Source of the DNA: an uncultured Chitinophagaceae bacterium
Lineage (GTDB): Bacteria > Bacteroidota > Ignavibacteria > UBA10030 > UBA8401
DNA length: 64,000 nt
Reading direction: 5' to 3'
Assembly (NCBI GenBank): GCA_964603685.1
Contig: CAZRWF010000006.1
Span: 677-64,676, forward strand
Under the pieces are notes generated by a model, which worked only from the letters and a program-made list of their open reading frames with translations, was not told the origin of the DNA and did not search any database. Positions 54,667-63,099 of this stretch are shown here, one piece after another; position 1 is the stretch's first letter, and each line of letters opens with the position of its first letter. A program made the position numbers and the translations under genes.

Positions 54667-57663
54667 ATGAAAAATTTTTTAATCGTTCTGTTCTCCCTCG
54701 TGTTCGTTCCGTTCGCTGCCGCCCAGCAACTTTCTCATCCGTTGCGGGCGGGGGGCGCCGCCGAGCGATCCACGGTATCGACGGACACGGTGAAGATCCT
54801 GGCAATCCTCGTCCAGTTTCAGACGGACACCGACACCCGGACGTCCGGCAACGGCCGGTTCGATCTTTCCAACACCGGTGAAAGGATCATTGACGCCGCG
54901 CCGCACGATTCCGCATATTTCGCCGATCATTTTATCTTTGCCAAAAATTATTTTTCCAAAGCGTCCAACGGCCGCCAACATCTGCACGCCACGGTGCTCG
55001 GATCGGTGATCACGCTGAAAAAACAGATGCGGGATTATGCGCCGGTGAATTCAAACGTTCCGCTCGTTTCGATGATCGAAGAGGCATGGAAGGGGGCTGA
55101 CTCGCTGTATCCGGGATTTCCGTTCCAGTCGTACGATCTGTTCACGATCTTTCATGCCGGCGTCGGACGGGATATCGATCTCCGCTCTGTGCTCGGTTAC
55201 GACCCGACACCGCTCGACATACCCTCCTTGTACTTTAATTTGTCGTCGTTCCGTTCCGTGCTCGGCGGCGGATTTAACGGATTTGTCCTTCCGAATTCCT
55301 CCGCGGTCATCCCCAACACCGTCGTACTTCCTGAAACCGAAGTGCGGCGTATACCGGGCATCAACGGAGATTTTGTGCTGAAACTCGGCATCAACGGACT
55401 CCTGGTCGCGAGCATCGGCAGTTATCTCGGACTTCCGGATTTGTTCGACACTAAAACGGGAAAGTCCGGCATCGGCCGGTTCGGATTGATGGACGGACAG
55501 TCGATTTTCAGTTTTTCCGGAATCGCACCCCCTGAACCGAGCGCGTGGGAAAAAATTTCCTTGGGGTGGTCGACTCCCATCACCGTTACCTCTACGGCCA
55601 CACTGCCGCTTCCGGCTGCCGGCCTCCACGCAACGGGCAACGACACCATTTATAAGATTCCGATCAGCGCCAAGGAATATTTTTTGGTGGAAAACCGGCA
55701 GCGCGATGTGAACGGGAACGGACAGACGGTGACGATGAAGTGGAACGGGCAAATTTTTACCAAAACATTCGCCGCCGATACGGTCTTTTTCGAGAACGCC
55801 AATATCGACAGCGTCTATGGCGTGGTATTGGATGTGGAAGAATTGGATTGGAGCCTGCCGGGAGTGATCAATGCGTTCAACAATTACCGCGGTGGAGCGC
55901 TCGTTTGGCACATCGATGAATCGGTGATCGAACAACGCCGGCCGACAAATTCGGTCAATGCCGATCCGGAACACCGCGGGGTGGACCTGGAAGAGGCGGA
56001 TGGGTCGCAGGATATCGGACAATCGTACGAATTCGGTGATCCCGCCTCCGGCAGCGAAGATGGTTCGCCGATCGACTACTGGTTCAACGGCAACATTTTC
56101 CCGAATTATCGCAATGAATTTTCCGAACAATCGCTCCCGAATTCGCTCAGCAATACCAATGCACGGTCTCATATCACGTTAAGGAATTTTTCCGCATCAT
56201 CGTCCCGCATGACATTCGATGCGGTGATCGGTAGCGGCACGGCTGCACTGAACGCCGTGAAGCAGTTTTCGCGTGGATTTGCCGAACCGAACCACAAACC
56301 GATCGTGGCAGACAGGAACAATGACGGAACAGCGGAGATCTATCTGGTGAATGGCGATACTCTCTATGCTTTGTCCGATCGTTGGCTGCCGTTCTCTTCA
56401 TCTCCTTCGGGCGTCATCGGAGTGGCGACCGTCGTTCCCGCTGTCGTGAACAATTATGGCGCAGTCACCGGTCCGATCCTGGCCACCGCCGCTGGCAGCC
56501 GGGTGGAGCTGCGCAATTCCGCGGATTCAGTGATTCATTCCTTCACCGCCGATTCCACCGTCACGACACCGCTTGCTGCACAGAATGGAACATTCTATTA
56601 TGGGACGGTCACGGGCACAGTCGAACAGCAGAACGCCTCAAGCGGCAGGAGTGTCACCCGGGCATTTTCGACTGCTGTCTCTTCCATCGCGCTTCTTCCG
56701 AACGGTGCATGGATCGCTGCGTCGGGTGATTCCGTAAAACATTCCAACGGTGCGGCAGTAAAACTGAACGGAGTGAATATCGCCGGCCTCTCGGTTTTCC
56801 GGTGGCGTGCCACGGAACCGCAATTGCTGGCGGTGAGAACGTCCGATCACCATATTCGAATTTTCGATGCCGCAACGCTCGTCGGCAAATTCCATGTGGT
56901 GATCGACAACGGTCCGGTTTCCTCTCCGGCGTTCGCAGATATGAATGGAGACGGATCATTGGACATCGTCGTCGGTACCAGCAACGGCGTCGCCGCATAC
57001 AACGTGAACGGCACATTGATTGAATCATTCCCGTATCGTGTGTTGGACGGCGGAGCTGTCACCGGAACTCCGGTGATCGTCGGTATGAAAAACAGCTCAT
57101 CTCTGGCAATCATTTTCGGATCGACGAACGGTCATCTGTACGCGGTGTCGGAAAAAGGGAAATTGATCTCCGGCTTTCCGCTGCAAACCGGCGGCATTGC
57201 CGGTTCGCCGGCGATCGCGAACGACCGATTATTCGCCTTGTCCGAAGATTCGTCGGCGTACTCTTGGACCGTTTCCGGATTGTTTGATACAGCCAGGATT
57301 GTGTGGAATGGATTTCTCGGAAATACATCCAACACTTCCGCAGCGGAAAATAACGCCGCGGCGGCGCAACGGTCCTCCGAACTTCTTCCGAAAAAATTCG
57401 CCTATAACTGGCCCAATCCGGTCTACGGCGGCACGACGAATATCCGGTACTATCTCGGGAAGTCCGCAGCAGTCACCATTACCGTTGTCAATCTCGCCGG
57501 AGAGTTGGTCGACCGGTTTTTCGGTCCGGGTTCCGGCGGAATGGACAATGAAGTCGCGTGGAATGTTTCGAATGTGCAGAGCGGCATTTACTTTGCGCAG
57601 ATCACCGCCGCCGCGGGAGGGGAAGAAGCGAGTCAGATCGTGAAGATTGCGGTTGTGAAATAA
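54667..57663 (+). CDS. M6 (immune inhibitor A)-like domain protein lacking the HExxH zinc site, with FG-GAP/VCBS-like repeats and a T9SS CTD
   Basis: M6-like landmarks FTIFHAGVGRD, SYLGLPDLFDT and GGALVWHIDE....HRGVDLEEADGSQD. Where the HExxH should be, the sequence reads ASIGS (nt 55408-55422). Repeats include ADMNGDGSLDIVVGTSNG. CTD NWPNPVYGGTTNIRYYL...SGIYFAQI (about 57397-57660). Confidence 0.65.
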   Translation: MKNFLIVLFSLVFVPFAAAQQLSHPLRAGGAAERSTVSTDTVKILAILVQFQTDTDTRTSGNGRFDLSNTGERIIDAAPHDSAYFADHFIFAKNYFSKASNGRQHLHATVLGSVITLKKQMRDYAPVNSNVPLVSMIEEAWKGADSLYPGFPFQSYDLFTIFHAGVGRDIDLRSVLGYDPTPLDIPSLYFNLSSFRSVLGGGFNGFVLPNSSAVIPNTVVLPETEVRRIPGINGDFVLKLGINGLLVASIGSYLGLPDLFDTKTGKSGIGRFGLMDGQSIFSFSGIAPPEPSAWEKISLGWSTPITVTSTATLPLPAAGLHATGNDTIYKIPISAKEYFLVENRQRDVNGNGQTVTMKWNGQIFTKTFAADTVFFENANIDSVYGVVLDVEELDWSLPGVINAFNNYRGGALVWHIDESVIEQRRPTNSVNADPEHRGVDLEEADGSQDIGQSYEFGDPASGSEDGSPIDYWFNGNIFPNYRNEFSEQSLPNSLSNTNARSHITLRNFSASSSRMTFDAVIGSGTAALNAVKQFSRGFAEPNHKPIVADRNNDGTAEIYLVNGDTLYALSDRWLPFSSSPSGVIGVATVVPAVVNNYGAVTGPILATAAGSRVELRNSADSVIHSFTADSTVTTPLAAQNGTFYYGTVTGTVEQQNASSGRSVTRAFSTAVSSIALLPNGAWIAASGDSVKHSNGAAVKLNGVNIAGLSVFRWRATEPQLLAVRTSDHHIRIFDAATLVGKFHVVIDNGPVSSPAFADMNGDGSLDIVVGTSNGVAAYNVNGTLIESFPYRVLDGGAVTGTPVIVGMKNSSSLAIIFGSTNGHLYAVSEKGKLISGFPLQTGGIAGSPAIANDRLFALSEDSSAYSWTVSGLFDTARIVWNGFLGNTSNTSAAENNAAAAQRSSELLPKKFAYNWPNPVYGGTTNIRYYLGKSAAVTITVVNLAGELVDRFFGPGSGGMDNEVAWNVSNVQSGIYFAQITAAAGGEEASQIVKIAVVK

Positions 57664-57693
57664 TCACGTCAAAAATACCACCAGGAGGTCTTT

Positions 57694-59064
57694 ATGAAAA
57701 AGATGTCCCTGTTATCGAGTATTCTGATATTTGCTCTTACCGGATGTGAAAAAGAAAATTTCATTGTCACTGAGGGTATGGGAAGTTTGTATGATCCGAA
57801 TATCCGGCCGGCGGTCATTTATACCTATCCCGCGAATAACAGCACCGGTTCCTTTCAGGATTTTAATCCGTCCGGAAATTACACACCACCGCATTTTATT
57901 CTGCAATTCAATAAAGTAATGTCCATATCATATTCCACCCTCAATAAATTGATCACCGTCACCGGTTTTGATGTTCCGGTCGTGGCGGAACTGTATACTT
58001 CATCCTCGACCACCGGGTTGTATCAATTTATGATCAGAGACGCCGTGAGTGGAAGATATCTGCCGTACCGACTCGGTAAAAAGTATACCATCACTGTTTC
58101 GCAGGAAGTGAAAGATATGCACGGGTATACGCTGACATCGCCGTTTACATTTTCCTTTACCAAAGAATCGGAGTTCCGCGTTGTCTCGTCGACACCGAAA
58201 GACAGTTTATCTTCGGGAAATAGCACCATTTCGATACAATTTAACAGCGAAGTTGACGAATCGATTCTCTCCAAAATTTCTATCGCTCCGGCGGTGGTCG
58301 GAAACTGGTTAATCAGCGGATCATTGCGGAATTCGGTCTATTTCTATTCGAGCAATGGATACCAATCCGGAACGATGTATACCGTGACGGTTCCCACGAC
58401 GGTGAAAGATATAGACGGAAACGCATTAACGGCACCGTATAGTTTTCAGTTTAAATCCGGCGATTTCCGGATCGATTACACCAGTCCCTCTAATAATTCG
58501 ACCTCCGTATCGTTGACCCAATACATCTATGTCAATTTCAACGGATTGATAAATACGGTGAATCTCTCCAATCTCGTCACCATCACTCCGGCCATCGCCG
58601 GAACGTTCGAAGCGTATTCCGGTGCATCGTATTTTTATTTCCGTCCAACCGAACCGTACAAGGAACAAACGAAGTATACCGTCACCGTCGATTCCACTTT
58701 GCGCTCCACCAGCGGTCAAATGTTGTCTTCCAAAGTAACCTTCTCCTTCACGACAGAAGGATTTCGCATCGTCGAATTTTTGCCGTATAATTATAATGGA
58801 TCGGTATCGCGATATTCCAATATCGATGTACGATTTAATGCACCGGTCGACACTTCAACGGTCGCCGGAGGAATAACGATCCAACCCTCCGTGGCGGGTA
58901 AATTCAGCTTCTCCAGTAGTTTCCGACGAATGACCTTTCGGCCAGATTCTGCTCTCGCACCGAATACGCAGTACGCCGTAACATTCAATACTTCGGTCAA
59001 ATCGAAGATAGGGAACAGCCTGATGAATGCCGGTTCCTCATATTATTTTACGACTGAAAATTGA
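57694..59064 (+). CDS. Lipoprotein built of about 4 SbsA-type Ig-like (Big_5-like) repeats
   Basis: AGGAGG SD and lipobox ALTGC. A recurring unit of about 100 aa reads SP.....V.....I.I.FN..VD.ST....I.I.P.V.G.......F.P...L...T.Y.VTV...VKD..GN.L. Confidence 0.65.
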   Translation: MKKMSLLSSILIFALTGCEKENFIVTEGMGSLYDPNIRPAVIYTYPANNSTGSFQDFNPSGNYTPPHFILQFNKVMSISYSTLNKLITVTGFDVPVVAELYTSSSTTGLYQFMIRDAVSGRYLPYRLGKKYTITVSQEVKDMHGYTLTSPFTFSFTKESEFRVVSSTPKDSLSSGNSTISIQFNSEVDESILSKISIAPAVVGNWLISGSLRNSVYFYSSNGYQSGTMYTVTVPTTVKDIDGNALTAPYSFQFKSGDFRIDYTSPSNNSTSVSLTQYIYVNFNGLINTVNLSNLVTITPAIAGTFEAYSGASYFYFRPTEPYKEQTKYTVTVDSTLRSTSGQMLSSKVTFSFTTEGFRIVEFLPYNYNGSVSRYSNIDVRFNAPVDTSTVAGGITIQPSVAGKFSFSSSFRRMTFRPDSALAPNTQYAVTFNTSVKSKIGNSLMNAGSSYYFTTEN

Positions 59065-62000
59065 TGATGCGATCTTCGAATTTCCGATCTTTATTGATAT
59101 TGCTCTGTGCCGGTGCGGCAATGGTCTTCGCTCAAGAAGAGAATCATTACAACCACGGCGAATTAAACTGGCGGACGATCGAAACGGAACATTTTTTGAT
59201 CCATTTCCACGACGGAGCGGAGCGGACAGCGCGGGTGATCGGTACGATCGCTGAAGACATTTACGGTCCGGTGACAACATTGTATCAACACGAACCGGAC
59301 CACAAAATCAGTTTCGTGATCAAAGATTACGATGACTATTCCAACGGGGCCGCCTATTTTTACGACAACAAGATCGAAATTTGGGCGCCCGCGCTTGACT
59401 TCGACCTGCGCGGAACGCATCACTGGCTGCGGAATGTGATCACGCATGAATTTACTCACATCATTCAGATCCAATCGCAAATGAAATTCGGCCGCCGGTT
59501 TCCCGGCGTCTATCTGCAATGGCTCAATTATGAGGAAGAACGCCGGCAGGATGTTCTCTACGGCTATCCGAACACGGTCGTTTCCTACCCGTTCTCCGGA
59601 TTCGTGCTGCCGAGCTGGTTTGCAGAAGGCGTGGCGCAATACAACCGGCCCGAACTGAGTTACGATTTTTGGGATTCACACCGCGATATGATCCTCCGTT
59701 CGTACGTGTTGGACAGTAACATGCTTTCGTGGTCCGAAATGAGCGTTTTCGGGAAAACGTCGCTCGGCAACGAATCGTCTTACAATGCCGGATTCGCGCT
59801 GACGAAATATCTTTCCAACACATACGGTCAGGATGTCATTCCGGCGATCGCAAAAAATCTGTCGGGACTCGGCATCGTCACCATCGACCAGGCAATCGAA
59901 AAAACGGTCGGCAAATCGGGCGAGACCGTATATGCGGAGTGGAAGGAGTTTGTCACGAACGATTATCAACGGCGCGTTGCACCGATCCTTCCACACCGTG
60001 TGGAAGGGGAGGAGATCGCCTCCGAAGGGTTCGGGAATTTTTCTCCGGTCTTTTCTCCCGATAACCGGAAGATCGCCTATACATCCAACAAACAAGCAGA
60101 TTATTTCGGCCAATCCTCCTTGTACGTATACGACCGCGCCACCAAAGAGGAAAAAATGATCATCAGCGGCGTCCGCTCGTCGTTGTCGTGGTCCAAGGAC
60201 GGTTCCAAAATTTATTATTCCAAGATCACGCACGATAATCCGAACGGTTCGGAATTGTCCGATCTTTATTCGGTGGATGTGGCCTCGGGCGAAGAGACAC
60301 GGCTGACCCACGGTCTTCGCGCGATGAATCCTTCCCTTTCGTTCGACGGGAAACGGCTCTGTTTTGTTGTCTCGAAAGACGGAACAGGCAATATCATGAT
60401 CTCCGACACCCTCGGCAATGAGCGGCAGCAGATCACCAATAACACCGACGGCGAGCAGGTGTACCTTCCGAAATGGTCCCCGTACGGAAGTTCCATCGTC
60501 TTCGGATATTCGGTCGGCGACGGACAGGATATCGCGGCGGTGGACATCCGATCCGGAAACCAGTGGTTCATCGTGAACACCGAAGCGGATGAGCGGAATC
60601 CGTATTATGCTCCCGACGGTTTGCATATTTACTTTTCTTCCGATGTCACCGGGATTCATAATATCTATCGGTACGTCATCGCGCAGCAAACTTCCCTGCA
60701 AGTGACGAATGTGCTCGGCGGCGCCTTTATGCCGAACGTGAACAACAAAGGGGAGATGACCTTCGCCGCCTACACGTCGAGCGGATATAAAATACGGTAT
60801 ATGGAAAAATCGGTGCCGGGGGATTTTGCGGACAAACGGTATCTTGATCCCGGATCGGTCCGGCGCCCACCGCTGAGCATCGATGATCCGTCGCTGCCGA
60901 GGAATCAATTTGATTTTCAACGGTTACGGGCATACGATCACCGGACAGGATGGACGGGGGAGAGTCGTCCGTACAAAAATGTCTACTCCAGCGTTTCGAT
61001 CATTCCGTTTCTCCGGATCGACAATTACAATACGAAAAGCAGCGGAATCGATTTCCTGAAACCGGGATTGTATTTCCTTTCGTCGGATATGGTCGGGAAG
61101 TTCAGTATGTTCGGCGGCGCAGCGATCAATCATCTCTTCGAACGTGATCTTTTTGTTATTTTCGAATACCGGGACCGCCTGCCGCTCTTTCATCAAGCGG
61201 GATGGTATCCCACGCTCTCTTTAGAAGTGTACAGCGTCTCCCGCAAAAGGACGAACGAGACATTGACGATCGTGGAACAATTCGAAGAAACCACGGCGGA
61301 TGTCACCTACAGCCTGTTCGAATTCGATCTGTTCCTGAAACAGCATCTGTTCGGACCGTTCGATAAACTGACGCTCGGATTCACGTACAGTCAATACAGC
61401 AGCGCTCTCAGCTCCTTCCTGGTGAAAAGCAGCTCGCTGCTCGTCCCGGCCTCTTCGGAAACGTACTTCACCGGAAAGAACTTTTCGCTCCAATACGAAG
61501 TGAACGGCGTCCTTCCTGCACGCACGATGGAAATCAATCCCGTTGGACGGAGATTTTCATTCCGGCTGGATAATGAATTCGCCGAATTTGTCTCGGAAGA
61601 TTCCACCGGCGCGTCGGAATTCGAGGCGACCGAGACCGGCATAAAGTTAAAATTGCTCCCGTATACTATCCACCGGGCCGAGATCCGTCACACGGAACAT
61701 TTTGCCCTGCCGTGGCTGACGCATACACTCTCATTTACGCTGCGGGCGGGAACAATTTTTGGTCCCGAACTTCCCGACTTCTTCGATTTTTACGCCGGCG
61801 GTTTGGTCGGCATGAAAGGCTATCCCTTCTATTCCATCAGCGGGAATGAGATTGCCGCTCTGAATGTGGCGTACCGGTTTCCATTGTGGGACGAGATCGG
61901 ATTCCGGCTGTTTCAGATCCATTTCCACCGATTGTACGGCGAACTGCATGCGGACATCGGCAATGCGTGGAGCGGGGATCCGAACATTCGGGATTTCAAA

Positions 62001-62222
62001 AAAGATGCCGGATTCGAACTTCGGCTGGAAGCATTTTCCTGGTATGCCTATCCGACGCGGATTTTTTTTAACGGCACGTACGGATTGGATCGCTTTACAT
62101 ACAATCGGAGAAATGTTTCGGCGACGTACGGAAACGAGTGGCGTTTTTATTTCGGCATCCTGTTCGGTTTCGATTTCAGCAACGACATTCAACGTTTGAG
62201 GAGGGGATTCGATGGCCATTAG
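59064..62222 (+). CDS. Outer-membrane protein combining an HExxH (MA-clan-like) domain, TolB-type PD40 beta-propeller repeats and an Omp85-like C-terminal barrel
   Basis: Signal peptide. HEFTH at nt 59445-59459. PD40-like repeats (FSPVFSPDNRKIAYTSN, LSWSKDGSKIYYS, SLSFDGKRLCFVVS, WSPYGSSIVFGYS, YYAPDGLHIYFSS). C-terminus YAGGLVGMKGYP...GFELRLEAFSWY...FGILFGFDF. The ATG overlaps the upstream TGA (TGATG). Confidence 0.6.
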   Translation: MMRSSNFRSLLILLCAGAAMVFAQEENHYNHGELNWRTIETEHFLIHFHDGAERTARVIGTIAEDIYGPVTTLYQHEPDHKISFVIKDYDDYSNGAAYFYDNKIEIWAPALDFDLRGTHHWLRNVITHEFTHIIQIQSQMKFGRRFPGVYLQWLNYEEERRQDVLYGYPNTVVSYPFSGFVLPSWFAEGVAQYNRPELSYDFWDSHRDMILRSYVLDSNMLSWSEMSVFGKTSLGNESSYNAGFALTKYLSNTYGQDVIPAIAKNLSGLGIVTIDQAIEKTVGKSGETVYAEWKEFVTNDYQRRVAPILPHRVEGEEIASEGFGNFSPVFSPDNRKIAYTSNKQADYFGQSSLYVYDRATKEEKMIISGVRSSLSWSKDGSKIYYSKITHDNPNGSELSDLYSVDVASGEETRLTHGLRAMNPSLSFDGKRLCFVVSKDGTGNIMISDTLGNERQQITNNTDGEQVYLPKWSPYGSSIVFGYSVGDGQDIAAVDIRSGNQWFIVNTEADERNPYYAPDGLHIYFSSDVTGIHNIYRYVIAQQTSLQVTNVLGGAFMPNVNNKGEMTFAAYTSSGYKIRYMEKSVPGDFADKRYLDPGSVRRPPLSIDDPSLPRNQFDFQRLRAYDHRTGWTGESRPYKNVYSSVSIIPFLRIDNYNTKSSGIDFLKPGLYFLSSDMVGKFSMFGGAAINHLFERDLFVIFEYRDRLPLFHQAGWYPTLSLEVYSVSRKRTNETLTIVEQFEETTADVTYSLFEFDLFLKQHLFGPFDKLTLGFTYSQYSSALSSFLVKSSSLLVPASSETYFTGKNFSLQYEVNGVLPARTMEINPVGRRFSFRLDNEFAEFVSEDSTGASEFEATETGIKLKLLPYTIHRAEIRHTEHFALPWLTHTLSFTLRAGTIFGPELPDFFDFYAGGLVGMKGYPFYSISGNEIAALNVAYRFPLWDEIGFRLFQIHFHRLYGELHADIGNAWSGDPNIRDFKKDAGFELRLEAFSWYAYPTRIFFNGTYGLDRFTYNRRNVSATYGNEWRFYFGILFGFDFSNDIQRLRRGFDGH

Positions 62223-63096
62223 GATTGTGCTGCTGCTGGCGATCGCCGGCGCGTTCGGGAGGGCGGGGGAGCACCGGTTGACCGGAAATTTCAGGATTGA
62301 TCTTCTCGCCGCTCGGACGGATTCGGTGTCGATGCTCTCCGTTTCCGTGATCGACGATGCGCGGTACCAATCACCGCTAATGAATGGATTGTATTCGCTG
62401 GCCGTTCCGGGTGCCGGACAATGGGCCGCGGAACGGTATACCAAATCGCTCCTCTTTTTCGGCGCGGAGGTGGCGTTGATCGCGTACGCGATGATAAATG
62501 ATGATCGCGGGGATAAAAAGACGGCGGAATTTCAGCAATACGCAGAAGCACATTGGAGTCCGCTCCGCTATGCCCGGTGGATCGAACGGCACGGCGTCGC
62601 CGATTACGGGCCGAACCTTCCCCAAGCGATGGATTATGCGAAAGTGTCGGCATTCGATTTTTCACAGATCAATGCATGGGAACGGGGGGATTACGGTGCG
62701 CATAAGGAAGGATTTTCGCACACGCTGCCGGAATTCCGGTCCCAGCAGTATTATGAATTGATCGGAAAATATCACCAGTTCAAATTCGGATGGGATACGT
62801 ATCCGGACGTCAATAATGACGGGATTCCCGATTCCGACGGCGGCGTGACCGATAATATGATTCCGCAGCAATTGAAGGATTATGCGGAAGAGCGGGGAAA
62901 AGCGAACGACTATTATTATGCGGCGAGTTTTGCGGTGAGCGTACTGGTGATCAATCACGTTGCCAGTGCGGTGGATGCGTTTCTCTCCACGAAAAACTTC
63001 AATAAACAATTCTCCGCGTCGTTGCGGATCGTTCCGGACGACACACCGGAAGGAAAACGGCTCCGTTCCGCCGTGTCGCTTTCGGTCGGGTTCTGA
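62212..63096 (+). CDS. Hypothetical envelope protein, DUF5683-like
   Basis: Signal/TM helix, then LYSLAVPGAGQWAAERYTKSLLFFGAEVALIAYAM, which resembles the PGxGQ-plus-TM signature of DUF5683. It overlaps the upstream gene by 11 nt. Confidence 0.35.
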   Translation: MAIRIVLLLAIAGAFGRAGEHRLTGNFRIDLLAARTDSVSMLSVSVIDDARYQSPLMNGLYSLAVPGAGQWAAERYTKSLLFFGAEVALIAYAMINDDRGDKKTAEFQQYAEAHWSPLRYARWIERHGVADYGPNLPQAMDYAKVSAFDFSQINAWERGDYGAHKEGFSHTLPEFRSQQYYELIGKYHQFKFGWDTYPDVNNDGIPDSDGGVTDNMIPQQLKDYAEERGKANDYYYAASFAVSVLVINHVASAVDAFLSTKNFNKQFSASLRIVPDDTPEGKRLRSAVSLSVGF

Positions 63097-63099
63097 GTT

